DNA from: Shigella phage vB_SboD_StarDew
Length of the DNA stretch: 44,715 nucleotides
Sequence record: NC_073082
Reading direction: 5' to 3' (one strand)
Under the pieces are notes generated by a model. That model was not told the origin of the DNA and did no database searches. It saw only the letters and a list, made by a program, of their open reading frames with translations. Shown one piece after another: positions 26,957-36,009 of this stretch (within the stretch, counting starts at the first letter, position 1; the number at the start of each line of letters is the position of its first letter). A program made the translations under genes and the position numbers.

Positions 26957-27199
26957 TTATTTAAGCTCCGTTGTGCGAATCTCATCGCGCGGGATAAATT
27001 TACCATCCATCTCAACCCAGCAGACACCATAGCGCCATTGGGTATTGCGTCCGGTTTGCTCGGGGTACACGGTATTGCATTCGTAGCGTTCCGTGTAGTA
27101 AATAGCCGCTGTAGGTACGCAAACACAAACGGCAATCATGAGGGTGAGGAGCACCCAAAATCGAAGGTCGCCGTCGTAGTCGAAAAATAATGATTTCAT
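26957..27199 (-). CDS. small membrane protein (one TM helix)
   Basis: Hydrophobic segment WVLLTLMIAVCVCVPTAAIYY; GGAGAC RBS before ATG at 27199; own promoter at 27247-27275. Confidence 0.45.
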   Translation of the reverse strand: MKSLFFDYDGDLRFWVLLTLMIAVCVCVPTAAIYYTERYECNTVYPEQTGRNTQWRYGVCWVEMDGKFIPRDEIRTTELK

Positions 27200-27246
27200 A
27201 TCACTGTCTCCGGGTATCAAAAAGGGCGTCCAAACCGGACACCCTC

Positions 27247-27275
27247 AATATAATGCAACCAATACGGTTATGCAA
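27247..27275 (-). promoter_or_regulatory. candidate promoter (minus strand): -35 TTGCAT, 17-bp spacer containing ATTGGTTGCA, -10 TATATT
   Basis: Read on reverse complement; 19-mer AATATAATGCAACCAATAC identical to 5911-5929. Confidence 0.45.
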
Positions 27276-27280
27276 CCAAT

Positions 27281-27604
27281 TTACGAATAAAAATTTGGGT
27301 CGCGCGCAACGTCTACCAGATACAGGTTACTAATGCGGTTGCCGTAATGGCCTGGTGTGCGTTGACGGCACACTACGGCATAGCCTGGAGGGATTGTATT
27401 GCCAGTCTCAATAATCCACGCCACGCGTGCGCCAGACAGCGTCTTGCCGTTGCATTCGATACGTGTTCCGCCATCGGCGGTGTTAAGGTTGCCGATCTTG
27501 CAGCCTGTGGATTTCAGGCGAATGACGCCGGTCTTGCTGTCGTAGGAAAAAAGCTGATTGGTCATTGCCACGGAAAAGTCGATGGCTTCGAATGTAGTAT
27601 TCAT
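27281..27604 (-). CDS. hypothetical protein with degenerate HNH/AP2-like endonuclease signature
   Basis: Pattern SYDSKTGVIRLK...ARVAWIIETG...NRISNLYLV resembles HNH homing-endonuclease layout but lacks canonical catalytic His; GAGGAA RBS. Confidence 0.35.
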   Translation of the reverse strand: MNTTFEAIDFSVAMTNQLFSYDSKTGVIRLKSTGCKIGNLNTADGGTRIECNGKTLSGARVAWIIETGNTIPPGYAVVCRQRTPGHYGNRISNLYLVDVARDPNFYS

Positions 27605-28296
27605 TTTAAATTTTCCTCATTGACCGCTATCGCGAAGCCGCGCGGGGTGAGCGACCTGATTAATTTGGTGCGGGCTGATTTGCCTCCGAGGCGACTATAC
27701 TGCTTCGAGTACCATTTTTCAACGAAAACAGGTTTCTTCTCTGGCATACGGAAGCCGTTGCCGGTCCATAAGCAGGTCAGCTTCGGATATGAATCGCGGG
27801 CGTTGATGTATTCCGGGAAGAGCGGGTGTACGTCATCCTCCGGCAGATAGCCCCCATACTCCCACGGATCAAACGAGTGGTCCGGCTTACGCCATTGAGT
27901 TGATAGCACGCTGCGCGGATTCTCAATCATATATGGCACTTCGAAGAAGTCACCCAGGTAAGCGGCGATCTTCGCGGTGCGCACCGCCTTAATCTGAAAG
28001 GCTGGGTCTTTTGCACGCTTACGCGGGAAAGCTGGCGCACCGCTCACCGCCAGATCAGTACACGGCGGGAATGCGTAGATGATATCCGGCGTACCGAAAT
28101 CGCCATTCATCGCGCGGTCTACGAAGTCCAGATCGATAAACTCATTACGATATCGGATACCGCGACCATAGATCCGGTAGTCCAGGTAAGACCCGTGATC
28201 GGCTTCGGAGTAGTTGAAGCAATAACACTTATGCCCCATCTCGGCAGCACGCTCGATCATCAAGCCGCTGCCGTCAAATAATGACCAGATAATCAT
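27601..28296 (-). CDS. compact DNA (cytosine-5)-methyltransferase-like protein with non-canonical motifs
   Basis: Motif I-like LFDGSG, motif IV-like FPPCTDLAVSG (catalytic Cys), motif VI-like MIENPRSV; only 231 aa. Confidence 0.5.
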   Translation of the reverse strand: MIIWSLFDGSGLMIERAAEMGHKCYCFNYSEADHGSYLDYRIYGRGIRYRNEFIDLDFVDRAMNGDFGTPDIIYAFPPCTDLAVSGAPAFPRKRAKDPAFQIKAVRTAKIAAYLGDFFEVPYMIENPRSVLSTQWRKPDHSFDPWEYGGYLPEDDVHPLFPEYINARDSYPKLTCLWTGNGFRMPEKKPVFVEKWYSKQYSRLGGKSARTKLIRSLTPRGFAIAVNEENLK

Positions 28297-29717
28297 TTGC
28301 GCGCCTTTTTAGCTTTCATGTATTCCATCAAGTCGTCCTGAATATCCCGCTTACTGTCGCGACGCTCGGCGACAAGTTCATCCAGTGTGCCACGCGCCTG
28401 GATAATGTAGACGAATACCGGACGAGGGTGTCCGGCTTGCATCTGGCGAACCGGCCCGATACGCTCCACAATCTGCGAAAAATGTTCATAGTTCCAGGTG
28501 TCGGAGAAGATGGCAAGGTGGTGTCCGCCATCCTGCAAGTTAAGGCCGTGACCCGCCGATGCCGGGTGTGCGAACATGATGGGGATCTCGCCCCTGTTCC
28601 ACGCTTCCATGTCCTTATTGCCTTGCTTACCCTTACCCATCGCTACGCCGTGCGGGAATTTCTTCTTGAGACGCGCCAGGTCATGCTTATACTGGTACGC
28701 GACGAGCAACGGTGCGCCGTTCAACTCCTCCACGATACTTTCCAGCGCGTCCAGTTTAGCGTCGTGGATTTTCACCCATTCGTCGGTGCGCTCGCCGTCT
28801 TCGTCGACTTTATACACGGCCCCGGAAGCAAGCTGAAGGCACTTAATAGTCTTCGAAGCAGCGTTCGCCGCCTCCACCGTTCCGCTTTCCAGTTCGGCAA
28901 ATAGCTCCGCTTCGAACTGGTCATAAATCTTGCGGGCTTTCTTCGGCAGGTCCACAACAACCGGAGTATAGATTGGCTTGTCACATCCGAAGTATTCAGC
29001 CGCGTCAACGGTAAGGGATACGTCAGACAGGCGTTGTTGGATCTCCTTCTCGGAGTTCTTGAGCGGGGCGTGCTGCATAGTGAAGCTGCCAGGCTTAACA
29101 GGCTTGCTAATAAACCAGCGATCCGTGAATGCCTTATAGCTACTGCCGAGGCGTTCGCCACCGTCGACAAACCACGTCTGACCCCATAGGTCTTTCAGTC
29201 CGTTTGGTGCGGGTGTGCCGGTAAGGTTAATCCAGCGCTTGACGCGCTTATGTGCGATCGCCGCCAGGGCGCGGGCGCGCTTACTTCCCTGCTTGCTGCG
29301 GTAGCCTTTCAGCTTAGTGGATTCATCGGCAACAACGACCGTAAAGGGCCACTCGTCGCCACAATACTCGACAAGCCACTCAACCACATCATAGTTAACA
29401 CAAACCACGTTAGCGTCGCTCTCAAGCGCAGCGATGCGGTCCTTCTCTGACCCAGTGCCATCTACTACCAGCAGGGCTGGGAAGCGCCATTTCTCCTGTT
29501 CCGGGGGCCATGTGCCAGATGCAACGCGCAGCGGGGCCAGCACCAGTACGCGGTCATCCTGGTTGGACAGGATGCCGGTCTGGAACATTTTATTCAGCGC
29601 CCACATAGTCGCGCCGGTTTTACCGGACCCCATTGTCGCCCATATATTGCATCGCTTATGCTTGAGGATGAACGCGGTTATCAACTTCTGATATTCGCGA
29701 CGTCGGAAACGTGCCAT
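28293..29717 (-). CDS. SNF2/DEAD-like superfamily 2 DNA helicase
   Basis: Walker A TMGSGKTG, DEXx box VVADESTKLK, C-terminal helicase domain; ATG at 29717 with RBS (track ORF extends to 29807). Confidence 0.8.
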   Translation of the reverse strand: MARFRRREYQKLITAFILKHKRCNIWATMGSGKTGATMWALNKMFQTGILSNQDDRVLVLAPLRVASGTWPPEQEKWRFPALLVVDGTGSEKDRIAALESDANVVCVNYDVVEWLVEYCGDEWPFTVVVADESTKLKGYRSKQGSKRARALAAIAHKRVKRWINLTGTPAPNGLKDLWGQTWFVDGGERLGSSYKAFTDRWFISKPVKPGSFTMQHAPLKNSEKEIQQRLSDVSLTVDAAEYFGCDKPIYTPVVVDLPKKARKIYDQFEAELFAELESGTVEAANAASKTIKCLQLASGAVYKVDEDGERTDEWVKIHDAKLDALESIVEELNGAPLLVAYQYKHDLARLKKKFPHGVAMGKGKQGNKDMEAWNRGEIPIMFAHPASAGHGLNLQDGGHHLAIFSDTWNYEHFSQIVERIGPVRQMQAGHPRPVFVYIIQARGTLDELVAERRDSKRDIQDDLMEYMKAKKARK

Positions 29718-29721
29718 ATCT

Positions 29722-29940
29722 TTATTCCGCCTTTTTCCAGACTTCGGTTTCACTGTTCCAATTCCTTTTTGTGGCGTCGTAGTTGGTGCGGTGCCCGATG
29801 TGCACACCCGTCGCCCGGAAGCTCTTAAATTTTTGCCAGCATACCGTCAACGGCAGCGGGTCATTCATGCCCGCGATAAACCATACGCGATCGCCCGGTT
29901 TACATTCGCCCAGCTTGGTGAGTCGGTAATGCTCTTTCAT
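29722..29940 (-). CDS. small hypothetical protein (72 aa)
   Basis: GGGAGAC RBS 8 nt before ATG at 29940. Confidence 0.4.
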   Translation of the reverse strand: MKEHYRLTKLGECKPGDRVWFIAGMNDPLPLTVCWQKFKSFRATGVHIGHRTNYDATKRNWNSETEVWKKAE

Positions 29941-29983
29941 CGTCATGTCTCCCAAAAATGGCGGGACAAGCCCGCCGTATTAA

Positions 29984-30157
29984 TTATTTTTGCTCTGCGC
30001 GGTAGCGGCGTTGTCGTTCGCGCTCTTTTTTATTGCGGCACGATTTGCACTCGGCCCGATACCCGTCCGGGCTGCGTGCAGTCTTACCGGTGTATTTGTG
30101 GAACTGGGATAGCGGTTTAACGCAGCCGCAATTACTGCAACGTTTTTCTTCAATCAT
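29984..30157 (-). CDS. small zinc-ribbon protein (CxxC...CxxC) with basic C-terminal tail
   Basis: MIEEKRCSNCGCV...YRAECKSCRNKKERERQRRYRAEQK; GAGGG RBS before ATG at 30157. Confidence 0.45.
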   Translation of the reverse strand: MIEEKRCSNCGCVKPLSQFHKYTGKTARSPDGYRAECKSCRNKKERERQRRYRAEQK

Positions 30158-30197
30158 CTCTAAAACCCTCGATATGGCTAACCGGCACACTATACCG

Positions 30198-30476
30198 CTA
30201 TGCGACCAATTCAGCAACCAATAAATCACAGTCGGCGATGTTGTCGATAACGCGAACGTCCGCACCGCGGCGGGCCATTCGCTCATGTTCACGTACCTGG
30301 TGCGGCTTCGGTTTTCCTCCTGGGCGCTTCACTTCGACGAACACTATTTTGCCGTTGATGATGATAATCAGGTCTGGCGCACCTGCGCGCCCCTCCCAGG
30401 CCATTTTGCGGCAGAATCCGCCTACCTCTTTCACCCGTCGCATCAGGTGACTTTGAATCTTTCCTTCTGGTGTCAT
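30198..30476 (-). CDS. VRR-NUC domain nuclease
   Basis: PD-(D/E)xK core APDLIIIINGKIVFVEVKRPGGK; ATGA overlap with polymerase stop. Confidence 0.65.
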   Translation of the reverse strand: MTPEGKIQSHLMRRVKEVGGFCRKMAWEGRAGAPDLIIIINGKIVFVEVKRPGGKPKPHQVREHERMARRGADVRVIDNIADCDLLVAELVA

Positions 30477-32767
30477 TACTTCCTGTACCTGTACATGATG
30501 TCGCCTTCGGCGGCAAGCGGGAAGCCTTTCGCCCAAACAGGCAGGTCGCACATCAGCGCGCATAGCTCCTCGGTCGTGTAGTCGTCAGTATCCGGCACTT
30601 CGGTTATCAATTCATCGTGCACTGACAGTACGATCTCATAGCCAGCGGCTTCAACTCCAGGCATGGACCACGCGAGGATATCGCGACACAGCGCCTGTAC
30701 GATGTTTTCCGTCAGTTTGCCACCGTAGGTATATTGGAAGCCCCACTGGCGCGTAGTCTGATTCTCGCCTTGATATTTAATGCGGGTGCTGGTGCGTTTC
30801 TTGCCGGTATCTTCGTCGATCTCGGTAGTGACAGACAGCGCAATGCCCGGATAGCTCATGATGCGCCCTGACGGCAACTCAATTTTCAACCACCACCCTG
30901 CGGCGTTCGGGTCGTCGCGCTCCTCGTCGAAGGTTGGGTCATGCTTCGCCTTCGTGCGGACTATCTTGAGCGCTTTCTTACCATCCGGGCGAACGTTCGC
31001 GCCAGCCCAGTATGCTTTGCCCGGATTGCGGATTGCGCACAACACCGCGTCCTCAAGCTCTGCCCAAAAGGCTACCGTCTTCGGGTGGGCCTCACGCCAC
31101 ATACGTTTGATCGCGTCACACGTCAACCACACGTTTTTCGGCAGTATGTAAGTTGGGCGCTCGTCTTTCTTGCCAGGCTTCGGCGGGCGCTTAGCTTCGT
31201 TAATGCGGGCGTATTCATAGCCACGTTTCGCCGCTGCCCAAATATGATCGGGGAATGTGCCCTTCATGACGTCCGCCATTGCATACAGGTCGAGGCCCAG
31301 GTTTTTAGCAAACTGCAGGAACGCGGCAACGCCGCCACCATAACCCAGCCCCAATTCGCACGCCTTACCAATCTGGCGTAAGTCTTTGCGGTTGGCTTTG
31401 ATGTATTCCGGGTCGAGGCCAAACATCTTACCGGCAGTTTCACAATAGATATCGCGACCCGCCCTAAACACCATTAGCGCGGTTTTCTCGCCAGCGATCC
31501 AGGCGAGGCCACGCCCTTCCACGTTGGAATAGTCCGCTACGACAAACTTCTTACCCTTCGCCGGAATAATGCACCCGCGAACAGTCGAGGCCGTTAACTT
31601 CGATATGTCATACGCCCAGTGTGCGGTCCCGCGTAACAGGGAGTTGATGCCGTTGGTAAGCATGTGCGACCGCACCCAAAACGCGACGTCGCTCTCGCCT
31701 TCACGGCGCTTAATCTTCCCTTCGTGGTCGTCGCTATACTCGCCGCGTGCCAGGTTTTGCGGCTGGAAGCCTTTGCCCGCCCAGCGTAGCGTGCGTTTCG
31801 CCCCGCCATACTGGAGACACCCACGACGGCGACCATCTGCGGATAAGCCATTAACGAGCGGATTGTACTTAGTCGAGGCCGTTGATGACGCACCGAGGCG
31901 CATCTCGATAAGCACTTTGCCCTCGTCGGGGAAGTCCGGGTCTTCCAGCAGGTCGTTAAGCGTGGATTTCTGCGCGTTGTGGATTGTGAACGCAGGCGCG
32001 AGGTCGCGCAGCGCTGGCAGGAAGTCATTGCCGGTCAGCTTACCGCCGAAGCGCTCCCATGCTTCTTCCTTCAATTCTTCCTTATGCGCCTGCACCGCTT
32101 TGATCGCGGCGTTCGCCAGGTCAACGTCCACATAGAAGCCGCGGTCATTGATCAACTGGTCAATAAGCAGGATTTCGTCTTCCTTCGGCGTGTTACCCCA
32201 GTCCGGTATGCGCCAGTAGACTTCCCTCATCGCTATAATATCCAGCGCGGCATAGCGCAGGAATTTAGCCCATTCGTCAGGGTGAGTCTCGCGCGTGTAG
32301 CGGCGTATTTTGTAAGTCTTAGGGGTGGGCTTACAGAATCGTTTGATCAGCGCCTTGCCAGCCTTATCCTTCGCGTGCTCTGCGTCAACGCCCAACACCT
32401 GGCACTGCATATCGAGGCTACCCGGCAGCGCGTGTCGAAAGGCCATAATCATGGTGTCTTCGATCTGGCCTACCGGCAGGTCAATGCCCCACTTCTCGCG
32501 AATAACCAGGCGGTCAAACAGGAGGCCGTTAGCCATCACGATTTTTGCTTTCTTGCGGGATACCCGGCGGAGCGCCTTGCGCAGTTCACGCGGCATTGTG
32601 GGGGATTCGGTGCAATCCCATGTCTGCACGCGGCCCTCGTCGATGGCGTATGTGCAAATCATAATCTCGGTAGTTGGGTGTTCCGCGTAGGCGTATGCGC
32701 CCACTTTCTTCAGATCCACCCCGCTAAATGTCTCGGTATCGAGAAAAAGGCGTTCGAAGTCTTTCAT
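30476..32767 (-). CDS. family A DNA polymerase with N-terminal 3-prime to 5-prime exonuclease domain
   Basis: Exo I motif LFLDTETFSGVDL; pol motif A-like VVADYSNVEGR, motif B-like RQIGKACELGLGYGGG, motif C-like LSVHDEL. Confidence 0.9.
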   Translation of the reverse strand: MKDFERLFLDTETFSGVDLKKVGAYAYAEHPTTEIMICTYAIDEGRVQTWDCTESPTMPRELRKALRRVSRKKAKIVMANGLLFDRLVIREKWGIDLPVGQIEDTMIMAFRHALPGSLDMQCQVLGVDAEHAKDKAGKALIKRFCKPTPKTYKIRRYTRETHPDEWAKFLRYAALDIIAMREVYWRIPDWGNTPKEDEILLIDQLINDRGFYVDVDLANAAIKAVQAHKEELKEEAWERFGGKLTGNDFLPALRDLAPAFTIHNAQKSTLNDLLEDPDFPDEGKVLIEMRLGASSTASTKYNPLVNGLSADGRRRGCLQYGGAKRTLRWAGKGFQPQNLARGEYSDDHEGKIKRREGESDVAFWVRSHMLTNGINSLLRGTAHWAYDISKLTASTVRGCIIPAKGKKFVVADYSNVEGRGLAWIAGEKTALMVFRAGRDIYCETAGKMFGLDPEYIKANRKDLRQIGKACELGLGYGGGVAAFLQFAKNLGLDLYAMADVMKGTFPDHIWAAAKRGYEYARINEAKRPPKPGKKDERPTYILPKNVWLTCDAIKRMWREAHPKTVAFWAELEDAVLCAIRNPGKAYWAGANVRPDGKKALKIVRTKAKHDPTFDEERDDPNAAGWWLKIELPSGRIMSYPGIALSVTTEIDEDTGKKRTSTRIKYQGENQTTRQWGFQYTYGGKLTENIVQALCRDILAWSMPGVEAAGYEIVLSVHDELITEVPDTDDYTTEELCALMCDLPVWAKGFPLAAEGDIMYRYRK

Positions 32768-32934
32768 TACTTAATCCTCACTACGGCGTCAGCGCTGCCG
32801 ATCATAGAGAAGATGCCGTCGGAAAGGGTTATCTCCTCGCCGTTGTTGCGAATCTCGGCAACGGTGAAATATTCCCCCAGCAATTTGGACCATACCTGCA
32901 TTCCGACTTTTACTTCGCTGGCTTTAATGCGCAT
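32767..32934 (-). CDS. small ORF (55 aa) translationally coupled to DNA polymerase (stop overlaps pol ATG by 1 nt)
   Basis: Translated by hand: MRIKASEVKVGMQVWSKLLGEYFTVAEIRNNGEEITLSDGIFSMIGSADAVVRIK; below the ORF-track size cutoff. Confidence 0.3.
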   Translation of the reverse strand: MRIKASEVKVGMQVWSKLLGEYFTVAEIRNNGEEITLSDGIFSMIGSADAVVRIK

Positions 32935-32992
32935 TTTTCATTGTCCTATTAAAAAGCCCGCATTAAGCGGGCTTGAATAGTGGGCCTTGCCC

Positions 32993-33775
32993 TTAACGGC
33001 GGCGACGTTTGCGTGGCGCTTCGTCTTCGTCGTCGTCCTCATCTTCGTCATCGCGTGGCTTACGACGTTTGCGAGGTTTTTCATCTTCCTCATCGTCGTC
33101 GTCATCGCGGCGCTTGGACTTTTTGGACTTACGCGGCTTATCATCTTCATCATCGTCATCACGACGTTTTGACTTCTTAGCCTTGCGCGGTGCTTCGTCT
33201 TCGTCGTCGTTGTCCAGGTCTTCATCGGAGCAAGAAGATCCGCCACCGCCGAAGGCTTCGCCGTCATCCCGGAAGCGCAGACCCAAAAGACCAGCACCGA
33301 GTCCCTTGCCGTTGGTATTGTTCCACGCCCAAATATCCAGTGACACGTTGCAATAACAACCGGAGTAGATCTCCTGGCCTTCGATCTCGTCGCCTTCTAC
33401 GGTCAGACCTTGTTCAGTCTGCTTCTCGCCGAGTGACGTTTGAATGTTTGGTTGTTTGAACGATTTGGCGTTGATGTACAACATGCCTTCGAATTCTTCG
33501 GTTTCTTCGTCGCGCTCGTCACCGTCGCGAACTGCACATTCCTTAGAATCCTGGGCGTAGTGGCGGTCCATCCACTTATCGGCATTCTTCTCGGACTTCA
33601 GCTTGTCGGTGAGCACTGCGCGCGCTGCCGCTTCCACTTTGTCCACCTGCGGATCTTCTTTATCCAGAAGAATCACGGCGCGGTATGCTGGTTTTTGTCC
33701 ATCCTGTTTAGGGGTATCGCGTTCCCAAATTTTCAGGAAACATACGCGCACATTTTTCAGGTTGACTTTAGCCAT
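32993..33775 (-). CDS. putative ssDNA-binding protein (T7 gp2.5-like / DUF2815-like) with repetitive charged C-terminal tail
   Basis: N-terminal MAKVNLKNVRVCFLKIWE and central GKGLGAGLLGLRF resemble gp2.5-type SSB; GAGGAA RBS; C-terminus is D/E and K/R block repeats. Confidence 0.5.
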   Translation of the reverse strand: MAKVNLKNVRVCFLKIWERDTPKQDGQKPAYRAVILLDKEDPQVDKVEAAARAVLTDKLKSEKNADKWMDRHYAQDSKECAVRDGDERDEETEEFEGMLYINAKSFKQPNIQTSLGEKQTEQGLTVEGDEIEGQEIYSGCYCNVSLDIWAWNNTNGKGLGAGLLGLRFRDDGEAFGGGGSSCSDEDLDNDDEDEAPRKAKKSKRRDDDDEDDKPRKSKKSKRRDDDDDEEDEKPRKRRKPRDDEDEDDDEDEAPRKRRRR

Positions 33776-33865
33776 TTTCCAATTCCTCATTTTCACATGT
33801 ATCGGGGTTATTGGAAGCCACCCCGTTCGGCTTGGTTGCAGATTTACTCGGTTGCGCCTAAGCGG

Positions 33866-34108
33866 TCAAGCATTTTCATCAAAAAGATTTCGGGTCACGT
33901 AATTGGTTGCGTTCTCGATCCAGCTTAACGGCGGGCGGTCGATGTTCTTTTCCACCCAATCGACGGCAACTTCGCTATAGCCGTCATCCAGCCAGCGGGT
34001 CGGATGGCGAATCATCCACGCCACCATTAACACGCCTTGCACGCAATGCAGGATAAATCCCAGCGCGCCGAGCAAAAACATCAATAAGATTGCGAATACT
34101 TTATTCAT
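33866..34108 (-). CDS. small membrane protein (80 aa)
   Basis: Two hydrophobic segments (VFAILLMFLLGALGFILHCVQGVLMVAWMI); GAGGA RBS. Confidence 0.45.
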   Translation of the reverse strand: MNKVFAILLMFLLGALGFILHCVQGVLMVAWMIRHPTRWLDDGYSEVAVDWVEKNIDRPPLSWIENATNYVTRNLFDENA

Positions 34109-35531
34109 TGCTTAAGTCCTCGTCAGTAGCTTCTGACCACGCAGGGCGCGGGTCGTCGATTGGCGCTAATACCGGTTTGGCGGGTGCGCGCGTGATTTTA
34201 GCACACAGCTTCGCCCACACTTTCGGTTTTTCGTCCTTCAATACCTTCTCGGCATCCGTAGGGCTGAGCAATGTTTCTTTGTACATCACATCGCGCTTGA
34301 TCCGGGCCTTCGTGAAGATTTCAATCACTTCGCTCTCGTCCGCCCACTTGCGGATTCCTTCCTTACCGGCAACCATCTTTAAGCCCAGCGATTCGCCATC
34401 ACCCGCCATTACCGCTTTGAATACCGCGGACTCGATAGCTTTGATGTGCTGTCGCATTGCGTCCAGGCCTTCATACGCCTTGCGCAGTTCCGCAGCGCTC
34501 ATAGCACCGGGGGCCGCTTCTTTCTTACCACGCTTCGCACGTCGGGCCGCCTTCCGGGCTTCGCGGGCCATATTGCCGTCATGGTTGGCGCATTCTTCCT
34601 CTGTCGCAATACTCACGTCGTCGCCCAGGTCTTCGTCGGTTGCCGTTGGGGGTGTCATCGTGTCGATTGCGGCCTTAGCGCGGGCACTACACTGATCCGC
34701 AAATCGGCACCACTGGCACGCATCAACGCTGGGACGGAAGTCGGCACGGGTAAGTCCCTTCTTGCCTCGGGAATACGCCTCCAGTGCGGCAATCGCGCGC
34801 TTGGATGCAAACTTCGCGAATATCTCCAGCGCTTCTACCGAAATATCCCACTCCGACGCCCCGCCGCAATACGGCTGGAAGATAACCAGGCGAACGGTCG
34901 TAATGTCGTACATAGTTTGCAGCTTGCGCAGCAGTCCGAGCGCGTACAACATAAGCTGTTTGTTCTCTTTCGCCTCGACCTTATGCCGCCCGGTCTTCAG
35001 GTCGCCAACAATCAGCATGTACGTCCCATCGGTCTTTTTCATGACCATGACCATATCGGCAGTACCGAACGTTTTAATCCTGTTGCCGTCGATCTCGTAG
35101 CCTGAGTGAAGGACGCGGGTCAGATCGGCGCGCATCTCAAGCTGGACAAACTCCGCCACTTCGAGGAGCGGTCGCCAGTGGTCGATGTACGCGTCGCACT
35201 GTTTCACCATGTCGTCGTTGACCAGTACGCCGCCTTTCGGTGCTTTCGGGTGTGCCTTTACCGGCCCCTTGCCTTCGTTCTCGACGTAGCACCCTTTATA
35301 CGTCTTTGCGGTTATCAGCTTTTCGCCGGCGATAATGCGGTTTAGCACCACTTCAGATACGGTGTGCATACTCGTACCGTTAATCGCGGCTTGCCCGGAT
35401 TCGTTCGGGATATCTTTTTCCACCACCAGGGCAGCAGGGCAACCCATCCACTTTTTAGCACCGGATGGCCCAAGTAATGAGTGTTCTGTATTGCTACCGG
35501 ATTGCGTTTTACGTTTTGGTTTAATCGCCAT
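34101..35531 (-). CDS. PD-(D/E)xK / Cas4-like nuclease (DUF2800-like) of replication-recombination module
   Basis: N-terminal LLGPSGAKKWMGCPA, core GDLKTGRHKVEAKENKQLMLYAL, C-terminal Cys cluster CQWCRFADQC; usual neighbour of gp2.5-like SSB and PolA. Confidence 0.55.
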   Translation of the reverse strand: MAIKPKRKTQSGSNTEHSLLGPSGAKKWMGCPAALVVEKDIPNESGQAAINGTSMHTVSEVVLNRIIAGEKLITAKTYKGCYVENEGKGPVKAHPKAPKGGVLVNDDMVKQCDAYIDHWRPLLEVAEFVQLEMRADLTRVLHSGYEIDGNRIKTFGTADMVMVMKKTDGTYMLIVGDLKTGRHKVEAKENKQLMLYALGLLRKLQTMYDITTVRLVIFQPYCGGASEWDISVEALEIFAKFASKRAIAALEAYSRGKKGLTRADFRPSVDACQWCRFADQCSARAKAAIDTMTPPTATDEDLGDDVSIATEEECANHDGNMAREARKAARRAKRGKKEAAPGAMSAAELRKAYEGLDAMRQHIKAIESAVFKAVMAGDGESLGLKMVAGKEGIRKWADESEVIEIFTKARIKRDVMYKETLLSPTDAEKVLKDEKPKVWAKLCAKITRAPAKPVLAPIDDPRPAWSEATDEDLSNE

Positions 35532-35710
35532 TATTCCACCCGTGTAAACTGGACAATTACATATTTCACATTTGCCAGGCCCGCTTTTTCGACTCGGCGC
35601 TTAACTTCATTTTGCGCGTCCACAAAGCAATTGCTTGCGTTGGTGTTTTCAACAATAAAAGAAGTGTGGTCGTTTAATTCGTGGCATGTTGCCAGCACGA
35701 AGAATTTCAT
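35531..35710 (-). CDS. small ORF (59 aa), stop overlaps start of downstream nuclease gene
   Basis: Translated by hand: MKFFVLATCHELNDHTSFIVENTNASNCFVDAQNEVKRRVEKAGLANVKYVIVQFTRVE; ATG overlaps upstream stop; below ORF-track cutoff. Confidence 0.3.
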   Translation of the reverse strand: MKFFVLATCHELNDHTSFIVENTNASNCFVDAQNEVKRRVEKAGLANVKYVIVQFTRVE

Positions 35711-35961
35711 TATTTCGTCTCCCAGCGGTCAATCGTTCTTGCTTCGGATGCAACCGCGAAGCGAACATATTCCAGATTGGAGTCTGCCCAAATATAAAAG
35801 TCGGGGTTAGTAAAGGTGGTGCGCTTAATTTGCGCGGGGGTGTTTCGGCGTTTATCTATTACGGCAACTCGTGACTGAAAGCTGCCGATGCGTTCGAATA
35901 GCCAATAGTACGGGCGCTGGTCGCGGGAGTCCACCGCCTCAATTAGCGTGAAGCGTGCCAT
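35710..35961 (-). CDS. hypothetical protein (83 aa)
   Basis: GAGGACGAG RBS before ATG at 35961. Confidence 0.45.
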   Translation of the reverse strand: MARFTLIEAVDSRDQRPYYWLFERIGSFQSRVAVIDKRRNTPAQIKRTTFTNPDFYIWADSNLEYVRFAVASEARTIDRWETK

Positions 35962-35975
35962 TGTCTCGTCCTCTA

Positions 35976-36005
35976 AAAATAGGCCCGCAGATTAGCGGGC
36001 CGGAT
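35976..36005 (-). terminator. candidate attenuator hairpin (GGCCCGC-agatta-GCGGGCC) after first early gene
   Basis: 7-bp GC stem; on minus strand followed by TATTTTT. Confidence 0.35.
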
Positions 36006-36009
36006 AATA

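Noticed and set aside
31979-32980. 333-aa plus-strand ORF opposite the DNA polymerase gene (also 31569-32135)
   Set aside because: Antisense to a polymerase gene with clear catalytic motifs.
34446-35105. 219-aa plus-strand ORF opposite the Cas4-like nuclease gene
   Set aside because: Antisense to a gene with RBS and operon coupling; no start context.
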